From positions 934 to 64,933 of the forward strand of contig JBGCVQ010000098.1 in NCBI GenBank assembly GCA_045888315.1: 64,000 nt of DNA, written 5' to 3'. Shown piece after piece: positions 1 to 12,632 of this stretch. Source of the stretch: Anaerolineales bacterium. Its GTDB lineage: Bacteria > Chloroflexota > Anaerolineae > Anaerolineales > UBA11858. Position numbers and translations under genes: made by a program. Below the pieces are notes generated by a model, which was not told the DNA's origin, did not search any database, and saw nothing but the letters and a program-made list of their open reading frames with translations. How positions within the stretch are numbered: position 1 is the first letter of the stretch; each line of letters begins with the position of its first letter.

Positions 1-1241
1 TTAGGCTCGATGGCGACCATGATCACCGGGTCTGGGAAGGCAATGTTCTCCAGGATGATCTGGGAGTCTATTTCACACAAGGTGTCGCCGGTGAAGCTTT
101 CCTTGAGGCCAAGCACCGCGGCGATATCGCCGGCTCCTGCCAGGGTGATGTCCTCCCGGCGGTCCGCGTACATGCGGATCAGGCGTCCAATGCGCTCCCG
201 CTTGGTTTTCCCGGAATTGAACACCGTGGTGCCCTGCTCAATCACGCCGGAGTAGATCCTGATATAGGCCAAACGGCCGACATAGGGATCGGTAACGATC
301 TTAAATACCAGCGCGCTGAGGGGCTCATTGTCATCTGGTTTGCGGGTGATGACCTCATGGGTCTTAGGATCGATCCCTTCGACCGGCGGGATATCCAGCG
401 GGGAAGGCAGATAATCGACCACCGCATCCAGCAGCGGCTGCACACCTGTGCTGATCAGCGAACTCCCACATAGGACCGGGGTCAGCTTGTTGCTGATCAC
501 CGCTGCCCGGAGGGCTGTCTTGAGCTCTTCTCCGCTGATGATGATGTCCTCGAGATATTTCTGGGTCAGCTCATCGTCCGTTTCAGCGATGACCTCCACC
601 AGTGTATGGCGAGCATCCTCCACCTTCTCCACCAGATCCTCGGGGATCTCGATCTCGACCGGGGATGCGCCTTCGTGGTCCTCCCAGATATAAGCTTTGC
701 GGGTGATCACATCCACCACGCCGCGGAAGTTATCTTCTACGCCGATCGGGACCTGGACAGCCAGCGGGTTGGCACCCAGGCGCTCCCGGATCATATTCAC
801 GGTGCGCTCATAGGATGCTCCTACCCGGTCCATCTTGTTCACAAAACACATGCGGGGGACCCTGTACAGGTCGGCCTGGCGCCAAACGGTCTCGCTCTGG
901 GGCTCAACGCCCTGGACCGCGTCAAAAACAACGACCCCTCCGTCTAATACCCGAAGGGATCGCTGAACTTCTGCAGTAAAGTCGATATGGCCGGGGGTGT
1001 CGATCAGGTTGATAAGGTGCCGCTTCCAAACAGCAGATACAGCAGCAGAGACGATCGTGATCCCTCGCTCACGCTCCTGGTCCATCCAGTCGGTAACCGT
1101 AGTCCCATCATCGACAGAACCGATCTTATGCGTCTTTCCCGTGTAGTACAGGATGCGCTCGGTCGTGGTGGTCTTGCCCGCGTCGATGTGGGCAATGATA
1201 CCGATATTTCGGAACTGCTCTAAAGCGTATTTCCTGGCCAT
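1..1241 (-). CDS. fusA: Elongation factor G, N-terminal ~413 codons (3' end lies beyond window start)
   Basis: Own translation of the minus strand from ATG at 1239-1241: [49 protein letters not shown]. These are GTPase G1/G3/G4 motifs followed by EF-G domain II-like sequence. The frame stays open to position 1. It follows rpsL-rpsG as in the str operon. Confidence 0.95.
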   Translation of the reverse strand, partial: MARKYALEQFRNIGIIAHIDAGKTTTTERILYYTGKTHKIGSVDDGTTVTDWMDQERERGITIVSAAVSAVWKRHLINLIDTPGHIDFTAEVQRSLRVLDGGVVVFDAVQGVEPQSETVWRQADLYRVPRMCFVNKMDRVGASYERTVNMIRERLGANPLAVQVPIGVEDNFRGVVDVITRKAYIWEDHEGASPVEIEIPEDLVEKVEDARHTLVEVIAETDDELTQKYLEDIIISGEELKTALRAAVISNKLTPVLCGSSLISTGVQPLLDAVVDYLPSPLDIPPVEGIDPKTHEVITRKPDDNEPLSALVFKIVTDPYVGRLAYIRIYSGVIEQGTTVFNSGKTKRERIGRLIRMYADRREDITLAGAGDIAAVLGLKESFTGDTLCEIDSQIILENIAFPDPVIMVAIEP

Positions 1242-1265
1242 ACTTTCCGATCAATTACCCGTAAA

Positions 1266-1733
1266 CTAGACCCGGAAGTGAGAAAATGCCCGGTTGGCCT
1301 TGGCCATGCGGTGGGCTTCTTCCCTCTTGCGGATTGCCGCGCCATCATTATTAACCGCGTTCAGCAGCTCATCCGCCAGGCACTGGTCAAACGGCTGACC
1401 TTTGCGGGCGCGGGCTGCTTCCAGGATCCAGCGGGTCGCCAAAGTGAATTGGCGGTGGGCTGGGACTTCCATGGGGATCTGGTACGTCGCACCACCGATC
1501 CGGCGGGGGCGCACTTCCATGCGGGGGGATGCGTTCTGCATGGCCTGCTCAAAGAGCTCGACCGGATCCTTTCCGGTCTTCTCAGCCATGATATCGAATG
1601 CCCCGTAAACGAGGTTGGCGGCTACTTTTTTCTTGCCGTTCTTCAGGACATGATTGATGAATGTCTGCACTCTGACGCTGTCGTAGCGGACATCCGGGTC
1701 AATCTTTCTCCTCTCAGCTTTTCTCCGTCTCAT
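1266..1733 (-). CDS. rpsG: 30S ribosomal protein S7
   Basis: 155-aa ORF MRRRKAERRKIDPDVRYDS..RMAKANRAFSHFRV, typical S7 N and C termini. It sits between rpsL and fusA. Confidence 0.97.
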   Translation of the reverse strand: MRRRKAERRKIDPDVRYDSVRVQTFINHVLKNGKKKVAANLVYGAFDIMAEKTGKDPVELFEQAMQNASPRMEVRPRRIGGATYQIPMEVPAHRQFTLATRWILEAARARKGQPFDQCLADELLNAVNNDGAAIRKREEAHRMAKANRAFSHFRV

Positions 1734-1782
1734 TTTATAATCTCCGTCAAATTAATTAGCTGCCGATAGAAAACGGGCAAGT

Positions 1783-2196
1783 TTAGGGGGCTTTGGTCCC
1801 GTATTTTGAACGACCCTGCTTGCGGTCGTCCACACCGCTGGAGTCCAGCGTGCCGCGAACAATGTGGTAGCGCACACCAGGCAGGTCCTTGACACGGCCG
1901 CCGCGAACCAGCACGACCGAGTGCTCCTGCAAACCATGGCCTTCACCCGGGATATATGCCGTGACCTCGATGCCGTTGGTCAAGCGCACACGGGCGATTT
2001 TCCGCAGCGCCGAGTTAGGCTTTTTCGGGGTCATGGTGCGGACGATGGTGCATACGCCCCGTTTCTGGGGAGCGCCCTTGTCCTGCCGGATCCTGCGCTG
2101 CTTCATGGTGTTGAATGTGTACCGCAGGGCAGGTGCTTTGCTCTTGGTTTTCTTATCTGTGCGTCCTTTGCGGACTAACTGATTGATTGTTGGCAC
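1783..2196 (-). CDS. rpsL: 30S ribosomal protein S12 (GTG start, GGAGG RBS)
   Basis: 137-aa [42 protein letters not shown]. It carries the ~15-aa insertion after PAL that is also present in Bacillus-type S12. Confidence 0.97.
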   Translation of the reverse strand: MPTINQLVRKGRTDKKTKSKAPALRYTFNTMKQRRIRQDKGAPQKRGVCTIVRTMTPKKPNSALRKIARVRLTNGIEVTAYIPGEGHGLQEHSVVLVRGGRVKDLPGVRYHIVRGTLDSSGVDDRKQGRSKYGTKAP

Positions 2197-2234
2197 ATTC
2201 GCCTCCGTATAAATCCTGTTCTCTTTTCAAATAG

Positions 2235-2264
2235 CAAGGCCATCGATTTTGCTAGATGGCCTTG
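2235..2264 (-). other. Perfect 10-bp stem hairpin (CAAGGCCATC / GATGGCCTTG, 10-nt loop) in the predicted rpsL 5' UTR
   Basis: Read directly. It lies between the predicted rpsL promoter (2331-2359) and the GTG start at 2196. Confidence 0.6.
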
Positions 2265-2330
2265 GATCGCTCGTAAAACCGCTATTCAATCGTTCTCTTT
2301 TGCCCTGTTATCCAGGGACAACGACTAAGC

Positions 2331-2359
2331 ATTTTAGCACGCCCAATTATGAGCGTCAA
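2331..2359 (-). promoter_or_regulatory. Sigma-70-type promoter for rpsL-rpsG-fusA: TTGACG-N17-TAAAAT
   Basis: Minus-strand reading gives TTGACG ctcataattgggcgtgc TAAAAT. The -35 is at 2354-2359 and the -10 at 2331-2336, about 135 nt upstream of the rpsL start. Confidence 0.5.
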
Positions 2360-2410
2360 GCCAGTCCATCAGACTTGCTACTTCAATTTTTCATTCCCGC
2401 TGGCATAGAT

Positions 2411-6328
<3,918 letters not shown>

Positions 6329-6500
6329 AGAATGTCCCTCTTCCTTTTATACTTGACCAAACTGGCCTGGTGCGGTTACTATACGCGTTAATACGCCCCG
6401 GTTCTGAACCAGGGCACAAAACCTGATCCTTGAATCTATATAGGGATACTGTCTTTTTACAACAAGTACCCTCTGGGTTCGAATTTAACCCAGACACACA

Positions 6501-6529
6501 ATTATATAAAATACTCAGATAACGGTCAA
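6501..6529 (-). promoter_or_regulatory. Near-consensus sigma-70 promoter for rpoB: TTGACC-N17-TATAAT
   Basis: Minus-strand reading gives TTGACC gttatctgagtatttta TATAAT. The -35 is at 6524-6529 and the -10 at 6501-6506. This implies a ~165-nt rpoB leader. Confidence 0.55.
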
Positions 6530-6592
6530 GGTTACCAGGAGGCAATTCCCTGGGGTTTTTTTATACCCCTGCGGGAAGGAAATCAACAAATA

Positions 6593-7486
6593 ATGGAGTA
6601 TAAATCCGGTTTCATCGCTGTGATGGGGCGTCCCAATGTCGGTAAATCGACCCTGATGAATCGCCTGCTGGGACAGACCATCGCTGCAGTCTCCCCCAAA
6701 CCTCAGACCACACGCCTCCAGCAGCTGGGAATTCTCACCCTGGAGAATGCCCAGCTGGTTTTCATCGATACCCCTGGTTTGCATCATCCCCACCATAAGC
6801 TGGGTGAGTTCATGAACCAGGATGCGCTGCTGGCCCTGGAAGACGCTGACCTAGCGCTGCTGATCCTGGACGCCAGCACACCCCCTACGGACGAGGACCT
6901 GCTGTTCGGAAAAGCTCTCAGGGAGTTAAAAACCCCCCCTCCGGTCCTGCTGGTCCTCAACAAGATCGATAGTGTCAGGGCCAATGAGTTGGGGGAACGC
7001 CAGGACCAGTACCAAGCGTTGCTGCCTGGAGCGCAACTGATCCCGATCTCCGCTGCGACAGGAGCAAACCTGGATGAACTAGAAGGGAAGGTCATCGAAG
7101 CTCTACCAGAAGGCCCCCCGCTCTATCCCGAAGAGCAGGTGACCGATCTTTACGAGCGGGAAATAGCTGCCGACCTGATCCGGGCCGCTGCCATGAACCT
7201 GCTCGAGGAAGAGCTCCCCCACGTGATCGCGGTCAGGATCGATGAGTATATGGAGCGGGAGGATGGCAGTGCTTACATCGAGGCCACGCTTTTTGTGGAG
7301 CGGGATTCCCAGAAAGGCATCCTGATCGGTGAGGGTGGAAGCATGATCAAAGCTATCGGGATTGGGGCTCGGAAGGAAATCGAAGCTATGAGCGGCAGAA
7401 AGGTCTTCCTGCGCCTGCGCGTGAAAGTTAAGAAGAATTGGCGCAACGATCTCAATGCCCTGCGCCTGTTCGGTTTCAAGAAATAG
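6593..7486 (+). CDS. era: GTPase Era
   Basis: 297 aa. It has GRPNVGKSTLMN (G1), DTPG (G3), NKID (G4) and a C-terminal KH-like region. Confidence 0.95.
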   Translation: MEYKSGFIAVMGRPNVGKSTLMNRLLGQTIAAVSPKPQTTRLQQLGILTLENAQLVFIDTPGLHHPHHKLGEFMNQDALLALEDADLALLILDASTPPTDEDLLFGKALRELKTPPPVLLVLNKIDSVRANELGERQDQYQALLPGAQLIPISAATGANLDELEGKVIEALPEGPPLYPEEQVTDLYEREIAADLIRAAAMNLLEEELPHVIAVRIDEYMEREDGSAYIEATLFVERDSQKGILIGEGGSMIKAIGIGARKEIEAMSGRKVFLRLRVKVKKNWRNDLNALRLFGFKK

Positions 7487-7491
7487 ATCCG

Positions 7492-10377
7492 CTATTCCCT
7501 GACAACAGAGAAATCAACCTCAAGCTCAGCCTGGTTTCCAGCCTGGTCCCGGGCTGTCACCAATAGGTGGTGCTCCCCTAAAGCCAGCGGCCAGGTGGCG
7601 AGGAAGGGGGCCACCTTGCGGGAAGCCAGCACTTGGCTATCAAGGCGGAACTCGACCTGGGCTATCTCAGAATCGTTCTTGAATTGGACTTCCAGCAGCA
7701 GGTCCTTTCCGCTGTGATAGGGAACCTCTCCCCCACTCAGGTCTGTAATCAAGATGATCTCGGGAGGAGTGTTATCCACGGAGACCAGCAGGGAGGTCTT
7801 CTCGATCTCCTGGTCTTCCTTGATCAGCACCAGCTGCAGGGCATAGATGCCCTCTTCTAGATCGGCTGTATCCCAGCTGCCAAGGTAGCCGCTCTCCACG
7901 GGTGAGCTGATCTCGCTCCCGATCTGCAGCCAGGACCGAGGATTGATCCCAGCACCATACTGCAGCCTGGCGGAAAGGAAATCCTCTTCCGGGATCGACC
8001 CGGTGATCCGCACCCGGCCCCGCACAAAGGAGAGGTTCTCCGGCGTCAGCAGTGCCAATCCTCCCGGGGCTGGCTTGGGAGCTTCCAGGTCATACAGGGT
8101 AGGAGGCCCTGCAATGCCGGATTCCTCAGCCCAGGTTTGCGCCTGAGGAGGGAGGTTGAGGAAGACCCGCTCCTCGATCCTTTCCGCGGGCGTGAAAACC
8201 GAGGCCAGCTGCCCGGTCTCTTTATTGACTTCTAAAGCTTTATAGAGCGTATCCGCCACCAGGGGTTCATAGCCCTCAATGAACACTTCCCTCACCACCC
8301 GGGGGCAATATCCGGTCGGCAGCTCTCCCGAAGGGTAACAAACATCCCTGGTGATTATCCCTTGAGGGACCTCCCAGCCACGGTCTGTTTCTTCCCTGGC
8401 CGCATATTGAGTGATCGCCCGCCAGAGACTGGAAGAGATCCCAGCTGAGTCCAGATCCACCTCAACGCCATTCCCGGACAGGCCCGCCCAGGCGCCGACT
8501 ACCAGGTCAGGAGTGAATCCCACCGTCCATCCGGAGCTTTCGTCCGGCACATAGCCAACCTTCACTCCGGCGGGCTTTCCGATACTGAAGAATTCCCGGG
8601 CCTGGGGATCCAACCAGGCTTCCTGGTCGCTCAGGGCATGGGTGATCAGGTAAGCTAGCTCTTCACTGATGATCTTCCGTTCCTGCAGAGGGTCTGACAT
8701 GTGATAGATCGCTCCCGCGGCATCCTCGATCTGTAAAACAGACGCGGGCTGGAATTCCAGGCTGGAGCTTCCAGAGGTCCTCCCGGTCAGCACTCCCCGG
8801 TTGGCGAACACACCATATCCTTGAAGGATATCCACCATATCCAGGGTCGAGCTTTCCGGAAAGACCGCGCAATCCGGGCAGTCCTGTCCCTGGAGGGAAA
8901 AACCGAATAGGGCCAGGGTGCTGCGCAGCTGGCTGGTCCCCTGGGCATCAAGCAGCTGCCTGGCTGGAGCAAGCAGGTCATTCACCAGCGCGGTGCGGAT
9001 GTTCACGGGACCCAGATACTGGCACTCCCCCAGGCATCCCGGGTGCAGCAGATCGCTGCCAAGTTCACTTTCAGGCAGGGGGATATCCCAGACCAGCGAT
9101 GCCGGTTCAAATCCCTGCGTAAAAGAATTCAAATAGATGAAGGGAGTGACCAGGGTGCCAGGGAGGCGGGGCTGATCCACAGTAAGCGCTTGGTCCCCAG
9201 AGCTCTGACCTGCCAGGGCGATCAGTTCTCCGCGGACTGGATCCAGGATGGCCAGGTCAACTTCCAGCAGGTCTGCGGTTGGCAATTCAGGACCAGTATA
9301 TTTCGGCAGCAGGCGGGCAGCCTCGCAAGCTGGGTCAAGCAGAGGTTGTCCTCCCTGGACTCGTTCCAGCATGATCTCCAGTGTGCATTCCAGCTCGCTT
9401 TGATAGCGGCTGTCCAGAGTGGAGACGATCAGGAACCCACCCCGCAGCAGCCTCTCTGGTGGGATGGTCTGGGCTGCTTCTGTGAGTACCAAATCGATGA
9501 AGGCTGGTTGGACAGCATCGGCAGCCAGGTCAGGATCGGCGTAGACCAGCAGTTTTCGGGCAGCGCTTGCCGCCTGGGCAGAAGTGATCAAGCCAGCCTC
9601 AGCCATCTTATCCAGGACTGCTGCCTGGTTCTCCTGGGCAGCAAGGGCAGCGTCCAGGGGATTCAATGCCGGGTATGCGCCTACAGCAGCCAGCATGGCA
9701 CTCTCGCTCAGGTCAAGGTCTCGGAGATCCTTACCAAAATAGAATTGGGCAGCCTGGGCTGCTCCGTAAATCTCTTTCCCGTAATATGCGCTGTTGAGGT
9801 ACCACTCCAGGACCTTCTTCCTGCCGTAGCGAGCAACGACCTGGCTGGAGAGCAAGTTGAGGCGAATATCCTGGTAGGGATGATCGGTTTCCTGCCATAA
9901 GAGCAGTTCACCGACCAGGATCTCCGGAACTGGGTCTGGTGAGGTATCCAGCAAGCAGGGAAGGAAGCCTTCTGGCCTCGACAGATAATCCGGGTCAAGG
10001 GCAGCGATCGTCGCCAGGACCAAGGGTTCCGGGACCTCGCTGTAAAAGAACATCTGCCCATCCGTGATGGACACATAACGGCGGGAACTGATCAATGGGT
10101 TCTCAAAGCGCCATAACTCGGTCTGCCCCGTTCGGTCAACGATCCGAGTAGGCACCAGCAGCAATCCGGAAATTGGATCCAGGAGGGCTTGCAGGCTTTC
10201 CGGCGCCGGGAGATCCTGGGTAACCTCAGCATAGCGATTCACACCCAGGATAACGCCTGCCGCACCTACGAAACTGAGCAGAGCCGCCAGCAGAAAACCG
10301 ATCAAACCCAGGGGGTTGGATCGGCCTTGACGGCGGTTACTTTTTCTGGAGATCAGAAAATTGGAAGGTTTTTCCAT
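7492..10377 (-). CDS. Class A penicillin-binding-protein homolog (GT51-like + transpeptidase-like + C-terminal Ig-like domains) with degenerate catalytic motifs
   Basis: 961 aa with an N-terminal TM helix. The GT51-like block is RKKVLEWYLNSAYYGKEIYGAAQAAQFYFGK. The TP-like block is AILDPVRGELIALAG...RLPGTLVTPFIY. See the finding for the motif substitutions. Confidence 0.8.
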   Translation of the reverse strand: MEKPSNFLISRKSNRRQGRSNPLGLIGFLLAALLSFVGAAGVILGVNRYAEVTQDLPAPESLQALLDPISGLLLVPTRIVDRTGQTELWRFENPLISSRRYVSITDGQMFFYSEVPEPLVLATIAALDPDYLSRPEGFLPCLLDTSPDPVPEILVGELLLWQETDHPYQDIRLNLLSSQVVARYGRKKVLEWYLNSAYYGKEIYGAAQAAQFYFGKDLRDLDLSESAMLAAVGAYPALNPLDAALAAQENQAAVLDKMAEAGLITSAQAASAARKLLVYADPDLAADAVQPAFIDLVLTEAAQTIPPERLLRGGFLIVSTLDSRYQSELECTLEIMLERVQGGQPLLDPACEAARLLPKYTGPELPTADLLEVDLAILDPVRGELIALAGQSSGDQALTVDQPRLPGTLVTPFIYLNSFTQGFEPASLVWDIPLPESELGSDLLHPGCLGECQYLGPVNIRTALVNDLLAPARQLLDAQGTSQLRSTLALFGFSLQGQDCPDCAVFPESSTLDMVDILQGYGVFANRGVLTGRTSGSSSLEFQPASVLQIEDAAGAIYHMSDPLQERKIISEELAYLITHALSDQEAWLDPQAREFFSIGKPAGVKVGYVPDESSGWTVGFTPDLVVGAWAGLSGNGVEVDLDSAGISSSLWRAITQYAAREETDRGWEVPQGIITRDVCYPSGELPTGYCPRVVREVFIEGYEPLVADTLYKALEVNKETGQLASVFTPAERIEERVFLNLPPQAQTWAEESGIAGPPTLYDLEAPKPAPGGLALLTPENLSFVRGRVRITGSIPEEDFLSARLQYGAGINPRSWLQIGSEISSPVESGYLGSWDTADLEEGIYALQLVLIKEDQEIEKTSLLVSVDNTPPEIILITDLSGGEVPYHSGKDLLLEVQFKNDSEIAQVEFRLDSQVLASRKVAPFLATWPLALGEHHLLVTARDQAGNQAELEVDFSVVRE

Positions 10378-10387
10378 AGAAACCGGC

Positions 10388-12112
10388 TCAGCGAGTTGCC
10401 GCCGCGATCCTGGTCAAGAGCTCGCGGGCGGAAGCCAGGTTCTTCTCACTGGCACCCCCAAGCATGGTAGCCAGCTCCTCTACCCGATCTTCCCCGGAGA
10501 TCTCCCGCACCTGGATAGTTGTGCGTCCTTCAGAGACGGATTTGAAAACCTGGAAATGCTGCTGTCCGAACCCCGCCAGTTGGGGAAGATGGGTAATGCA
10601 GATCACCTGATGTTCTGGCGTCAGCCGGAAGAGCTTTTCGCCCACGACTGCGCCTATCCGACCGCCTATACCCTGATCGATCTCGTCAAATACCAGGGTG
10701 GGAATATGGTCAGCTTGTGCCAGGACGTTCTTCAATGCCAGCATCAAGCGAGCGGTCTCACCACCTGAGGCAGTCTTCGCCAGCGCCTTAAAACCCTCTC
10801 CGGGATTGGTCTCCACCAGGAACTCGATCTTTTCCAAGCCTTCCGGGTAATAGCGCAGCCGTCTGCCATCTTCGATCATCACTCCATCTGGATCCTCAAT
10901 CACCTGGAAATCCACCTTGAAGCGTGCACCTTCCATTTTCAGGTCTGACAGCTGGCCTTCCAGGTCTACTGCCAGCTCCCTGGCGCCTTCCAACCTGGCT
11001 CTCGTCAGCGATTGGCCGCGCTGGGTTAGTTCGCCCAGCAGGCGCCTTTCTTCCCCTTCCAGTTCTGTGATCCGGGTGCCGCGCCCGGTGATCTCCTCCA
11101 GTTCCTGTTGGGACCTTGCCTGGTAAGCGAGGACCTCTGGGATCGTCCCGCCGTATTTCCGTTTCAGGTCCTGGATCAAGACCAGCCGATCCTGGGTCTT
11201 ATCCAACTGGGAGGAATCAAATTCCAGGTTATCAAGATAAACCCTGATCTGGCGGCCAAGATCAAAAAGGCCATCATTCAGTTCAATGGACTTCTCGCTC
11301 AGAGGGGCCAGGGAAGGATCGGTTTTCGTGAGCGATTCAACAGACCTGACGATCTGGCCCAGCAGATCCATGACTGTCGGTTGATTCCCGGGGGCTTCGT
11401 CCAGCAGGACCAGGATATGCTGGCTGAGTTCAGCTAGTTTTTCAGCATTGACCAGGCGATTGCGAAGCTCTACCAGGTCCTGCTCCTCGCCCTCCTTCAA
11501 GCCAGCCAGTTCGATCTCTTCCACCTGGAAAGCCAGCAGCTCTTTACGTTTTTCCGCTTCGAGGTCCATCTGCCGCAGGCGCTGCAAATTTCCCTGCGCC
11601 TGGCGCAGCTCGCGGTAGACATCCCGGTAGCCTTCCAGGATATCCCCGGCATTCGCGTAGCGGTCCAGCAAGCCCTGGTGCTGGCCGACACGCATCAAGG
11701 ACAGGTGTTCGGATTGGCCATGGATATCGACCAAATGCTCCCCCAGCTCCACCAGCACTGCCACATTGGTACGGTGCCCGTTAACGCGGGCGATATTAGG
11801 CCGGTCCACCCGCAGTTCCCGGGTCAAGGTCAGATACTCACTGCCATCCAGCAGTTCCTCTTTCTGGAGCAAATCCAGCACAGATTGCTTGCTGGATTCA
11901 GGGATCTTGAAAATAGCCTCGACGCTGGCGAATTCGCTGCCCTTGCGCATGGTGGACATATCGACGCGCTGACCCAGCAGCATATCCAGCGCACCCATGA
12001 TGATCGATTTGCCAGCCCCAGTTTCACCGGTAAGGATCACCAGCCCGGGATCGAATTCCAGATCGAGGGAATCAATGATCGCGAAATTTCGAATGCGTAA
12101 TTCAAGCAGCAT
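10388..12112 (-). CDS. recN: DNA repair protein RecN
   Basis: 574 aa. N terminus is MLLELRIRNFAIIDSLDLEFDPGLVILTGETGAGKSII. It has a long coiled-coil middle and a C-terminal SMC-like signature (ASGGETARLMLAL, LVFDEID). Confidence 0.95.
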   Translation of the reverse strand: MLLELRIRNFAIIDSLDLEFDPGLVILTGETGAGKSIIMGALDMLLGQRVDMSTMRKGSEFASVEAIFKIPESSKQSVLDLLQKEELLDGSEYLTLTRELRVDRPNIARVNGHRTNVAVLVELGEHLVDIHGQSEHLSLMRVGQHQGLLDRYANAGDILEGYRDVYRELRQAQGNLQRLRQMDLEAEKRKELLAFQVEEIELAGLKEGEEQDLVELRNRLVNAEKLAELSQHILVLLDEAPGNQPTVMDLLGQIVRSVESLTKTDPSLAPLSEKSIELNDGLFDLGRQIRVYLDNLEFDSSQLDKTQDRLVLIQDLKRKYGGTIPEVLAYQARSQQELEEITGRGTRITELEGEERRLLGELTQRGQSLTRARLEGARELAVDLEGQLSDLKMEGARFKVDFQVIEDPDGVMIEDGRRLRYYPEGLEKIEFLVETNPGEGFKALAKTASGGETARLMLALKNVLAQADHIPTLVFDEIDQGIGGRIGAVVGEKLFRLTPEHQVICITHLPQLAGFGQQHFQVFKSVSEGRTTIQVREISGEDRVEELATMLGGASEKNLASARELLTRIAAATR

Positions 12113-12113
12113 G

Positions 12114-12632
12114 TCAATTTCTCATCTGATAAAAGATATAAGCTGCCGCGATGATCCCATAAGCAAGCGGCCAACCGACCAGATAAAGCAGATAGCTGGT
12201 CTCCACACCACCATAGAGGAATATCCCGTAATATCGAACTGCTGCTGGCAGCAGACCGGCCAGCAGGGCACAGGCGCTCATCACGAACTTCAACAGCGGA
12301 GAGCGCCGGTTGCTGATGGCTTTTCTAGAAGCCAGCACCGCCAGGTAGCCTGCGGCCAGGCCGATCAAGATCGAGTAAAAGCCAAATGAGCCTGCGAACA
12401 GGCTGCCCAGATAGGAGATCAAGCCTGTGATCAGTCCAGTGATGACCGGATCATACCACCTGGCGGTCACGAAGATCTTCTGCTGGCTGCGGATGCATTC
12501 AGGGCAGCGGTAGCCAGTAGGCGTATGAGTGGCGCATTTGATGCAGATCGGCTTGTTGCAGCGATTGCAGCGAAGCTGGGTTTCCCGGTTAGGATGAAAG
12601 GCACAGGTAAGGGTTTTTTCTGATTCAGACAT
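12114..12632 (-). CDS. Membrane protein with N-terminal Cys-rich B-box-like zinc ribbon
   Basis: 172 aa. The motif is CAFHPNRETQLRCNRCNKPICIKCATHTPTGYRCPEC, followed by ~4 hydrophobic helices. It overlaps the nadK end by 8 nt and lies 1 nt from the recN start. Confidence 0.6.
   Translation of the reverse strand: MSESEKTLTCAFHPNRETQLRCNRCNKPICIKCATHTPTGYRCPECIRSQQKIFVTARWYDPVITGLITGLISYLGSLFAGSFGFYSILIGLAAGYLAVLASRKAISNRRSPLLKFVMSACALLAGLLPAAVRYYGIFLYGGVETSYLLYLVGWPLAYGIIAAAYIFYQMRN

Noticed and set aside
2080-2124. ~15-aa insertion ([15 protein letters not shown]) in ribosomal protein S12 relative to E. coli and Thermus
   Set aside because: An insertion at the same position exists in Bacillus-type S12 (..[25 protein letters not shown]..). 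It is a known lineage feature of many monoderm bacteria and not novel.
6476-6484. GGTTCGAAT, a tRNA T-loop-like motif, in the rpoB leader
   Set aside because: The flanks form only a simple 8-bp hairpin (TCTGGGTT..AACCCAGA). No acceptor, D or anticodon arms can be drawn, so it is not a tRNA.
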